Below, in pieces: positions 1-11,800 of a stretch of DNA of 44,301 nt. The notes under the pieces were generated by a model, which was not told the origin of the DNA, ran no database searches, and worked only from the letters and a program-made list of their open reading frames with translations. The DNA is from Trichomonas gallinae (taxonomy: Eukaryota), in NCBI GenBank assembly GCA_008369845.1, contig MRSU01004364.1, positions 1 to 44,301 of the forward strand. The letters are read 5' to 3'. The position numbers were made by a program, and so were the translations under genes. Within the stretch, counting starts at the first letter, position 1, and each line of letters begins with the position of its first letter.

Positions 1-126
1 AAAAAAAAAAAAAAAAAAAAAAGACATTGTTGTTGAAAAATAGATATTTATCCTGAAAAATATATTATAGTGTAACAAAAAATATGTGTCGGTCCAGCAA
101 AAAAAAAAAAAAAAAAATAAGACATG
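1..126 (+). repeat. Two poly(A) tracts (A22 at 1-22, A19 at 99-117), each followed by AGACAT
   Basis: Read directly: A-run+GACATTGTTG and A-run+TAAGACATGATT. Confidence 0.6.
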
Positions 127-236
127 ATTAAAAATTAGTTATAAATGATGATATTTTCATCCTCACTTTGTTGATGATAAGAAATTTTTCTTCTTAATTT
201 TTCTGAATATTAAAATTAACCTAGTCAAATTTTCGC

Positions 237-242
237 TCACTT
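237..242 (+). promoter_or_regulatory. Trichomonad-type initiator (Inr) TCACTT
   Basis: TCACTT ends 7 nt before the kinase ATG at 250, matching the TCAYT Inr consensus and the short 5' UTRs of trichomonads. Confidence 0.55.
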
Positions 243-249
243 CAAAAAG

Positions 250-1442
250 ATGAAAGTGCGAACAAATATATGCTTTGATAAAGATCCACGTGTCGAAATT
301 TTGTCATTAGTAGGCAGTGGTGGAAATGGTCAATGTTTTTTACTTAAAATCGAAGACCAATCGAGAATCTTGAAAAAATTCTTCCCATATTCAATAGATA
401 GCATGAATAATAAAATATTTGCGCTTGAAAAACATAGGAATCAATTCATGCCGTCATTATACGATAAATCAACGAACTATCCTACTGAGAGAAGTTCTTG
501 GATACTCACTGATTACATCCCAGGTCCAAATTTATATGAAATAATACACAGTGGTTACGAGGGATATATACTTAAGAGATTAGAAATTCTTAAAATCCTA
601 AAAGGCATCACTTTACATCTGACTATGATGAATAAATCAAACCTAAAGCATCGAGACCTTAAATCTGAAAACATCTTGATTGATGCTCATTTGATCATAT
701 CATTGACCATGGGAATTCTACAACCGAAAACAATAACTCAGAGCGTAAATCTTGTGGCACAATTCCATATACAGCCCCAGAAGTGTTAAACAATCAGAAT
801 TCCCCAAAGTCAGATTTATTCCTTAGGGGGTATAATTTTCTATATGCTCACGGAACATTTCCCATATGATGATGCGTATAAAACACTGGATGGCTTAAAA
901 AAGTATGTCAAAAAAGTGAATGAAATACCTAATCGTATTATTTTTCAACATTATTACGAGAGCTTAACAGATATAAATGATGACGACGATGACTGATAAT
1001 TTATTGACCAACAAATCGAGGCAGCTATTCTAGAACGTAAAGTTGACAATTGATTTATTCACGACGAAGAATTCTTGGAAGCAGATCCATTCAGCGCTAG
1101 GCTTGTTAAATTGATTGATATGTACTGGAAGTACAATCCCGAAACTCGCATTTCACATGAAAAGATTAAGACATTTCTTGATGAAACAGCTCAAGGTTTT
1201 TAGACAATCAGGAAATAATAAAATACAAGCAATATAGTGATGATATTGCTAAAGTTACCCTTGATACAGCATATGGAACAATTGAGAATATTGAAGCAGC
1301 ATTTGATAATAGTCTTTATCAGGCTAATGAAACACTTAAGTATTGCCTTCTTTCCTATAATTTTGAGTCTGCGATAATGAAAAACAGTTTTGCTCACCTT
1401 TTCAATCTATTTCTCCACATTATGATTATTTTGCAGAAATAG
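250..1442 (+). pseudogene. Ser/Thr protein kinase pseudogene
   Basis: ORF 250-789 has the Gly-loop VGSGGNGQC and catalytic HRDLKSENILI. After a frameshift near 692 the next frame reads HIIDHG (DFG position, 705-713)...CGTIPYTAPEV (APE 774-782)...KSD. A second shift at 816 gives YSLGGIIFYMLTEHFPY. In-frame stops occur at 994-999 and 1051-1053, then subdomain XI-like LIDMYWKYNPETRI. A third shift near 1200 opens a tail ending at TAG 1440-1442. Confidence 0.85.
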
Positions 1443-1673
1443 AGAATCAAGAATATTAAGATTTAAATCGAAAAAAGAAATCAAATTTTGGAATTTTGAC
1501 CAATGTTCATTTTGCAGTTGTCGAATTTTTGATGAAAATCGAATGAGTTAGAATAAAAACATAACTATTAAAATCGAATATATATTTTATAAAGCATGTA
1601 GGATACTATTATTATAGGTATCTGACTTTGTAAAATGTCAAATCCTAAGAATAAAAGGCAAAAATTTGACATA

Positions 1674-2655
1674 ATGCAGCATAATAACAAAAATCACCAA
1701 TCTCGAAAGAGGTTGGTTTGATTTTTATGATACAAAAGATTTTGCTACTGAGCAGTTCAAAAATTCTAGAATTGCCAATTCAAAAAGCTATTTTATTAGT
1801 TTTTGCGCCTTTTATTTAATATCAAATTCTGCAATTTATTTTTCTTCGACTTCTACATCAACAAAATTGCTTAATGAAGATAGTGTATTCTCAGAATGCT
1901 CCAATTCCAATGGTGGCTCTTTGTATTTTGCTCAAGAAGGACAGTGTGTGCAGAATAAAATATGTAGTTACAAATCTAAAGCAAGTAGCAATGGTGTTTA
2001 TTGTTATGTTGATGTTTCTCAAAATTCACCAAATTCTAACAAAATTATTAGATCAACCATCACAGAATCAGGCGCTAGAACAAATTCTGGAATTGGAACA
2101 TTTTATTTTCAAAATGGGGCTATAACTATTTTATTGACGAATGAGTCAAATTCTGCCATATTAAAACATTCAATATATTACGCAAATCCAATTAATTCAG
2201 ATTCGATTGTAAAATATTCAACCTTTGCAGAAAATAAACATCCAGAATCAGGAATAGCATTTCATAAAGGTGCATCAACATCAGTTAAATTCAATATTAA
2301 TTCATGCAATTACCTAAATAATAATGGTACTCATTCAATAATATGTTTTCATAGTTTGACCACGAATGTTTCAAATTGCAATTTCATTGGCAATCAAATG
2401 ATAGAATTCACATTTTATTCTTCAAGCTCTATGACTATTTGTGATTCTTATATAGATTATTTAAAATCGACATATGGAACAATTATAATGCAAAACATAT
2501 TGAAGAAAGAAATAAATCTTCAACTTCATCATCTTTCAACATTTGAGTGTCAAGCTCAAATGCCATTTCTCGCTGAGAATGATGTAACTTTTGAATTTTT
2601 TATTATTGATATATCCTATGCGATCTTTGTCATTTTCCCTATTATATTTTTGTAA
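1674..2655 (+). pseudogene. Beta-helix (pectin-lyase-fold/Pmp-like) surface protein family member, start codon out of frame
   Basis: The frame of ORF 1867-2655 is open from 1675 (SIITKITNLERGWFDFYDT...) but has no in-frame ATG near its 5' end. The ATG at 1674 is one base out of frame. The protein has FSEC...NGGSLYF, CVQNKIC, CNFIGN and a hydrophobic C-terminal tail. The fold call is inference from GGxxY/FxxN-like motifs. Confidence 0.65.
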
Positions 2656-2854
2656 TAAAACAGAAATGTTGATTGTATTTTTAATATTCCAACAAACTAG
2701 AGAAGAAATTCATAGTATTATATAATCAACTATTATAAGCTGAAAAAAAAAAAATAGAAGTCGTTAGAGATTGAAGTGGAGCATTAAATTCAAAAGAATT
2801 CATGTACTAAAATATAAACAAACATTTTTATTATATACATAAATAAAAAAAATC

Positions 2855-5800
2855 TCATCTAAGTTTTCTATCTCCTGCAATGATGCTTGAAGCTTTCTTT
2901 GCAGATTCTTCAATGAAGTTAGAAGACTTGTTGCGATTAATATCGGAAATAATTTGACCTAACTGATCAACTGTATGTTCTCTTTGATCGAAAACATCAC
3001 GAAGTAGTGAAAATTGTCTCTTAAGATGATCAACTTGATCATCCAACGTCTTTATGTTGTCAATATCTTCAACAACAGCAGCAACGCATGGGAAAATCCT
3101 TTGTATGTCTTTAATTGCTGACTGCAATGATTTCTTTGGCGAATCAGGAACTGGCTTCTTTAGTGTAACTTTTTCAAGTTTAGCAGCAATAAAAATCATG
3201 TTGAGAATCTCAATACATTCATAAATCGATTGTGTTGTAATAATTGTTTCTCTCAGTGATGAAGCATATGATAGAATCTTTTGGGCCTTCTTTGCCAATT
3301 GTTTGTATTTCTCGAGTTTTTCATTATCTTCTGACATCATTGATGACTTGGATCTTGATTTCAAGAATTTATTCTCTTCTTTGAGCTTGAGAACCATTGA
3401 TTTAAGTTTTTCAACAGTTTTATCATCTTTTGGTTTTTCTTCGTTTTCGTTTATTTCTGTCTTCATCGAGTTAATTGTCATCACAAGATTTTCATTCGTC
3501 ATTTCTCTCTCTTTGAGAATTGCATTAACTCTTTCGAGATCAAGTTTCATCAAATCAAGAGCATTTTGTAGCTTCTTGTTTTCTCTTCTTAGATCATCAA
3601 TCATGGAGTCTTTTTGCTTGATAATGTCAAACTGACTGTTTTGTTGTGAATCTGTATATTGCTTGAATTTAGATTTAAGTTCTTTCTTTTGATTTGTTAG
3701 TTTTGAAATACTTGCATTCATTTTCTGTTTCTCAGCTTCAAACTGAGAAACTTGTAATTTGATTTGTGCAATTTCATTGTTGAGAATCAAAATTTGATTC
3801 AATAATTTCTGCTTTTCATCCAATGCATTGTTTTTGATTTTAGATATGTCTGAATCTTTCTCTGATAATTTGGACTTTAACATTTCAATTTCGTCATCTT
3901 TAGCTTTGATTGTCTTTTCGAGTTCATTAATTTTCTGTTGTAAGTTTATTGCATCGGTATTCTTGCTGTTTTGTTCTTTGATTGCATCATCAAGTTTTGT
4001 TTGAAGCAGCTTGTTTTCTGCAGAATATTTTTCTGTAATTTCAGCAATGTTTTGCTTATGGTTTAATAGTTGATTTTCTAGTTGATTATTCTTAGATTTC
4101 AATTCTTCAATTTGTTGCTTAAGTTTTTGTATTGTATTAGACAAATCTTTGTTTTGTTCGTTGATTTCATTGTTTTCTTTTGTGAGCTTTTCATTTTCGT
4201 TGTCTTTCATTTCTTGTTCTGATAATTGAGATTTCTTGAGTAACTCATTTTGCTCTTTGAATTTCTTCAATAAAGTTCTAACATCATCATATTTCTTCTT
4301 GAGTATTTTAAGAGCATTTTCACTGTCGAGCAGTCTTTGTTTAGTGACTTCAAGTTCAGTTGAAACTGAAATATTTGCTCCTTTGAGTTCATCAACATTC
4401 TTCTTCATTGAATCATTTGTAAACTGCAAATTGTTAAGTTGCTTATTTTGTTCATCAATTTTCTGATTTGCAGAATTTAATTGCTTTCTTAATTCATCAT
4501 TTACTGTTTCAACTTCTTTGAGTTTGAGAATTATTTCTTTCACTTTCTTCTTTTCATTTATTTTAGCTGCATTTTCTGTGGCAATGATTTTCAGATTTAA
4601 CTCATCTCTTGTCTTCTGAAGATTTTCTAATTCATCATCTTTGATTTTTATTTGTTTTTCAAAATCATTTTGCAAAACATCAATTTTCTCTTTAAGAGCT
4701 TTGTTTTCTCCTTCAAGAGAATTCAATTTTGGCTTCATCTCCATTTCAAAGTCTTTGGATGATATTGTGTGCTTCAAATAATTTTTTTCTATTTCAGACA
4801 ATCTCAAAGTTTTGTCTGCGATTTCTTTGATTAATTCTTGATTTTGATTCTTAAGTTCGATGTTTTCTTTCTCTTTCTTCATTGATCTTTCCTTCAGTGC
4901 AGCAATTTCATTTTCTAGTTGTTCATTGTTATTATTATTTGATAATTTTTCATTCTTAAGACTCGCGATTTCATTGGTCTTTCTTTGGACTTCAATTTTG
5001 AGAGTTGAAATATTTTGTGTCATTGTTTGATTCGCAATCATGAGATTTTCTATTTGCCTCTGCATGTCACTTCTTGCCTTTTCTTCGATTAATGCACTGT
5101 CATTTGCCATTGTTATGCTAAATGTGCTGATCTGTTTTTGAAGTCTGTCGATTTCTCCTGATTTCTTCGCAATGTCACTCTTCAATAACTCATTTTCAAT
5201 CAAAACTGAATGAACTTCTTTTTCGTTTTCTTTGAGTTTGCTTTCTCTGTTTGAGACAAGTTTTTGCTGAATTTTCTGTGATTTAATTGTATTTTCTAAT
5301 TCATTCTTAAGATTCTCGATTTCTTTGTCTTTTTCACGATCACTTTGTATGAATTTCTTGTGCAAATCTTCCATAGATTCTTCAAGTTGCTTGAATTCTA
5401 AATCTTTATGATTGATGTCATCGTTTAATTTGGCAATTTGATTTTGAAGTTCAAGAATTTGCTGCTTTAATTTTGCAATAATTTCTTCTTTCTCTTGGAT
5501 TATTTTGAGATTTGAATCAGATTTTTCATTTATCATATTTGATTTTGCTTCTAAATCGTTTCTAAGAGAATTGATTTCTGTATCTTTGTCAGCAACTTTT
5601 TGCTTGAGCTGCCTTTCCATATTTTGAATGTTGTAGTGTAATGTGGAGTTTTCATTATTTAGCCTTTGAGCATCACTTGCAGCTTGTTTCAAATCATTTT
5701 GAGTTTGTGCAAGTAGTTCTTTGAGCTTCTTAATTTTCTCTGACTTGCATTGTAATTTTTCAGAAAGTTTGATTATTTCTTCTTCATTGATTTTAGTTTG

Positions 5801-8800
5801 GTCTTCAAGATTATTCTTGTCTTTGCATATTTGCTTCAATGAATCCTTCATTTGTTTAACTAAAATTGTTGTTTCTGATATTTGCGTTTCATTTATTTCA
5901 TCTTTTTGTTTCAATTTACTTAATTCATTTTGAAGTTCTTCAATTTCTTGTTTTTGTTCTTCTATTTCAGCATTTAATGAAGTAATTTGTTCTGTTTTAT
6001 CAGCAACATCTTTTTGTAGTTTTTGAACTAAATTGGAATTAACATTAATAATCTTGAGAAGTTCTTCTTTGTCGTTATTAACTTTGTCGATTTCAATTTT
6101 GACATCATGGACTTCAACTTTCTTTGCTCTGACTTCACTAATCAATCTTTCACACTCCATTTGCTTCTTTGATAATTCACTCTGAAGTTGCTCAGTGATT
6201 TGATCATTCATTGACAAAATCTTCAGCTGATTTTCTTTGAGCTTCAATGCATTTTCTAATCTTTCGATTTCTTCTCCTTTATTTTCATTGTCAATTGATA
6301 ACTGATGGTTTTCATCATCCATTGTTTTTACTTTTGTTTCAAGGTCTTTGATTTGTTTTGTTTGAGATTTGTTGATTCTTGCAAATTCATTTTCTTTCTC
6401 TGTCAAAGTCTTTTGTAACAATGCATTTGAATCTGTGGTAACCTTTAGAGAAATATTTGCTTGTTTCAATGAACCATTTTCTTTGATCAATGCTTGTAGT
6501 TCATCATTGATATTCTTATTGTTTTCTTCTAGTAAAGAAACCTTTCTGTTTAGTTTCTTGTTTTCTGAATCGATTTGTTTCATCTTAGATAGTTGCTCTT
6601 CAGCTGTTTTCAGTTTGAGTTGAAGTTTCTCGATTTCAAGTTGATCAAGATTTTCTTCGCTTGTTGATTTATGGATTATTTCTAACTTCAAATCTTCATT
6701 TTCTTGAATCAAATTTGAAATTTGTTTTTCAAGTTTAGAAATTCTTCGTGTATTTGGATCAGTTGCAGTTAAGAAATAGTTATTTGAATAATCGAGTTCT
6801 GTTCTTGACAAATCCTCTCCATCATATGATATATCTGATATTTGGGACTTAAGCAATGAATTTTCTGCTTTCAACGATTTAGCTTTCGTAACAAATGAAC
6901 CAAGTTTCTTTATTTGTTTAGTTTGGTTCATAATTTGGCTTTCTTTGATGTTATGATCATTCTTAAGATCAACAATTGTCTTTTGCATCTCTTTCAACTT
7001 GTTTTCCATTATAAACATTTGCTGATCATTGACTTGTAACTTCGATAATTCTATTTCCAGTTTCTTCTTCTCTGATTCGGCAGCAACTCTTGCATTTTCA
7101 GCTGCTTGCAAATCATTCAACAAATCAGTCAGTTTCTTGTTGAATTCAGCTTTCATGTCAGATATTTGTCTTTCAAGGATTCTTACTTTATCACTATTTT
7201 CAGAAAGTTTCTTGATTTCTCTGTCTTTCTGCTCTAAAACTTCTCTCATGTTGTCCGTTGATGATTGAACCATTTGATTTTGCATCAGTTTGATTAATTT
7301 GTTCTTTTCTGCTAATTCCGTTTCCAAATCATTGATTCTTTCCGTGCTTTCTCCATTATTATATCTTAATGAGTTCAACTGATTGTTAAGATCATCAATT
7401 TCTAATTTAGAGTTTTGTAATTGATCTTTCAGATTATTTATTTCACTATTTAATCCATGGGAATTTGTTAGTATGTCATTGTAAAGTTTGTGGATTCTTT
7501 CATTCTCTAAAACTAATTCAGAATTTTGTCTGGAAAGTTTTTCAACTGTTTGATGCAAAACAAAATTTTCGTCATTCTTAGCATATAAATCATTTTGAAC
7601 TTTCATTAATTCGTTCTGCATTGAAATAAGTTTGTTGTTGATATTATCGAGATTTGATTTCATCATTGATTCTTTGTTCAAACTTTGTTCTTGGATTCTC
7701 TTGATTTCATTTGTTGATCCATTAAGATCAAGAATCTCACTCTCGAGTTTCTTTATTTTATCATCTTTCTCACGATTGACATCTTGAAGTGATCTAATCT
7801 GGCTGTCTTTGAATGATAATGATTTAAGTTGGTCGTCAATATATTTCTCGCGCATTTGTGATTCTTCTTTCACAGCTTGTAATGATTTCATCAAACTGCT
7901 GTTATCATAAATTTGGCTTTGATAAACAACAGTTTGAGATTGTAGTTCTTTGATTTGATCATCAGAAGCTTTTAGCGCATCTTCTTTCTGCTTTAATGCA
8001 TTGGTTAATTGATCTATTTGCGATTGAGCTTTTGTCAAGCTGTCTTCCTTTTCTTGATTTTGCAAAAGTAAATCTGTTTTTTCTTTGTTTGCATTTGCTA
8101 ATTCCTTTTGAATGTTTTCGAAACTGTTCATGAGAATGTTAAATTCAACATCTTTTTGATCCATTTTCTGCTGCAATAAATTGAATTCTTGGTCTTTGGA
8201 ATTAAATCTTGTTTGAAGTTCGATAATCTTTTGTTGATTCTGGTCGATTAACGATTTATCAGACTCTTTGTTTGATCTTTCAATATTGAGTTGATTTTGT
8301 AACAACTTAATTTCGTTTTCTTTTTGATTTAGTTTCGCTTCAAGATTGAATATTGAATTCTTATCTTGAGTGAGTTGAATTTGTAATTCATGGTTGTTAT
8401 TGTTTACCTCGATAATCTTGTTTTGAAGATCAGAAATTGTTGGCTTGATTGTGTTGATCTCCATATCTTTGTTCTTAATATTATCATTTAATTGGTGATT
8501 CTCATTGTATTTTATGTTTAATTGATTTTCCAGTTCATTTATTTTGCTTGAAAGCGAAGAAATATGATCATCCTTCGACTTTGATTCTTGCTTAGCATTT
8601 GTTAATTGCTTTTGCAAATCTGTGAGTTCTTTGTCTTTCTGGAAGATTTTGGACTGCATCTGCTCAATTAATTGAGAATTGTCATTGAGAACTTTTCTCT
8701 TCCCGTCAATTTCTTTTGTTATCATTTCAGCGGATTTCTCCAGATTTGCCAAAATTTGTTCTTTAGAAGCTAAATTGTTCTGAAGATCACTAATTTTCTT

Positions 8801-11800
8801 TTCTGAATCTATTTTGAGTTGCTGAAGTTCATTTTCTTTCTTTTGAAGCTGTTTAGTAAATGATTCATTTAATAATGTTGACTGGGATTGATTATCTTGA
8901 ATTTCTTGCAGTAAAGATTTGTTTTCTTGTTCAAGTTTCTTAAATATATCATTTGGGACTGATTCGTTCAACAATGTTTCATTTGCTTCTTTAAGTTCAT
9001 TGTTTTGGTCAGATAACTTTTGTATTTTATCATTTAATAACTTTGATTCATTAATTTTGTTAGTGATAGATTCTTTGAGTTCATTGTTTGCATCAGATAA
9101 TTTTTGAACTTTATCATTTAGTATCTTTGACTCATTATCTTTGTTAGAAATTGTTTCTTTGAGTTCATTGTTTTGATCAGTTAATTTTTGGAGTTTGTTG
9201 TTCAGTATCTTTGATTCATCATCTTTGTTAGAAATACTTTCTTTGAGAACAGAATTTTCATTCTTTAGTGATGAATTTTCAGCTTTGAGCGCCTCAAAAT
9301 CATTCTTTTGTGAATCGAATCTAGATTTGATTTCTTGAAGTTCATTGTTTTGCTCGGTTAAATCTTGAATCTTTCTTTGATTGTTGGTATTATCTGTTTT
9401 AATCTGTTGTTTCAATTTGTTGTTTTCTTCATTTAATTGTTCAATATTATTTTCCGATGTTTTGAGTTTTTCTTTGCTTTCATTTAATTGATTGGATAAT
9501 GATTTGTTGGTCCTTCCTAATTCTTTGATTTGGTCAGATAATGTTAATTCTTTTTCTTCCATTTGTAAAGACAATTTTCTGTTTTCATTTCTCAATGATT
9601 GAAGATCTTTCTTCAATGAATCATTCTCTTGTTCAGATTTGTTAATTTTAGCTTCGGATTCTTCAATCTCTTTCTGGAGATTTTCGATTTTATTCGTTAA
9701 TTTCTGAATAGAAAATTTTACATCTTCATTTTGATGTTTCAAGTTTTCATTTTCGATTTCTTTATCATGAAGAATTTCTTTCAACTGATTTCGTTCATCA
9801 TTAATGACTTTGAATTTAGAATCTTTCTCATTTGCAATGTTTTGAAGATCATTGTTTGATTCAGTCAATAAATTAATCTTTCTGTCTTTATCAGCATTGG
9901 AATCTCTTAATGACTTGATTTCTGAATTTTGTCTGGAAACTTGATTGCTCAAGTCGGTTAATTGATCTTTGAGTCTTCTAAGTTCATTAGAAACATCTCT
10001 GTTTTCATTTTCTTTGTGTTTTAGTTCTGCAGTTGCTCTTTCAACCTCATTTTCTTTAGTTGAAATAAGATCTTTGAGTCTTTTAACTTCATTTGAAATA
10101 TCTCTGTATTCATTTTCTTTCTTCCTCAATGAATTTTCATTGTCAAGTAATAACTCTTTGAGTTTCTTGTTTTCGTTTGTTAAGTAGTCTAATTGTATGT
10201 CTTTGCTTCTCAAATCGCTTTGAATCCTATCAGCTTCACTTAATGAATTTTGGTATGTTTGCTTTTCTTTCATTAGATCAGCAATCGTGTTTTCTTTTTG
10301 CTTGATATTCTCTTTGAGTTTTTGCAATTCATTATCATTTAATTTGAATTTCATTTCAATATTTTGCAGATTTTCTTTGAGCTGAGAATTTTCTTGCTCT
10401 AAAGTTTTATTCAATGCTTCTTTTGCTTGAAGATTTTGAAATAGCATTGAATTTTCATTTGCAAGATTCTTGTTTTGAGTTTCCTTTGTTTGGAGATTTG
10501 ACTGTAACAACGAGTTTTCATTTGTTAAATTCATTGATTCATTTAACTGTGACTTCATGTTTTCCATTTGATTTTCGAGCAATTTGATTTGCAAATCTCT
10601 GTTCTTGACCATTTCATTTAATTTGCTTTGATTATTGTTTTCTGCTTCTAATTCATCAATGATTGACTCCATCTTGGAATTTTGTTCTTTGAGTTGAGAT
10701 AATTCGCTGTCTTTCTGTGCGAGTGAATTTTCCAAAGCAGTTAACTGTTTAGTTTGTGAATGCATTGTCGATTTCATGTTTTGAAGCTCTTTTTGAGCAG
10801 CTTTAACAGAAGATTTAAGTTGATCAATCGTTGAGAATGTTCTTTGAAGACTTTCTTCCTTTGCATTGTAGTCATCAACAGGAACCGTATTTTGCAATTC
10901 TTGCAAGTAACTTGCATTTTGTCTTTTGGCTTCTCTTAATTCTTGCTCAACAGCATTCATATTTGCTGTGAGTTCATTATACTGATCTTTAGGAACAGTT
11001 GAAACACTTAATTGCTTCAATTGCATTTCGAGTTTTCCATTTAGTTCAACTAAAGCATTTAATTTCTTCTTCATTCCATTGTATTCATCATTTGATGGTG
11101 AATTAATCGATAATGATGAGTTCATTTGTGATCTCAAAGAAATGTTTTCATTTGTTATGTCTTCTACTTCTGAGGATAATCTTGCTTTGGCATCTGTTAA
11201 AACTTTGATTTCTTTGTTTAATTCATCTGTTTCTATTTTATGGATCTTTTCGATGTTATCGAGTCTCTGCTTAAGTAATGTGTTGTCAGCTTCAAGAATT
11301 GATACTGATTTTTGTTGTTCGTCTTTCATTGATAATTTGTTTCTTGCATCTTCTAAATCTTTGAGAAGATTGTTGAGCTTTTGTTCGAGTTTCTTCTTAT
11401 CATCCAAATTACTACTGATTTGACTTTGAAGCTCATCAAAGTTAGTGACATTTAGTTCGGTTAATGTTGACTCGATGTTCTTCTTTGATTGATCGAAGTC
11501 TTTACGAAGATTAGAAAGTTCATTCTTTAATTCTTGAATTTCTTTATCTTTAGAATTAATTTGTTGCTTCATATTTTCTATTTCTTTGCTCATTTCAGGA
11601 ATAACTTTATTTTCCTCTTGAGAATTTAATAGTTTTTGGTTGAGATCATTAATGATTAGTTCTTTATCACTGATTTCTGTTTTGAGATCTTCTATTTCTT
11701 TGGATAAGTTTTCTTCTTTTTGTTTAAATGATTCTTGTAATTCGTTTACTTGTTTTTCATATTCTTTTGATTGTGTTTCGAGTTGTTCTTTCATCTTCTG

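Noticed and set aside
994..1053. Stop-codon reassignment explaining in-frame TGA/TAA in the small genes
   Set aside because: Over 11,000 codons of intact genes contain no internal stops and end in TAA or TGA; the disrupted genes also carry frameshifts.
1200..1397. Minus-strand 65-aa ORF
   Set aside because: Antisense to the kinase pseudogene tail.
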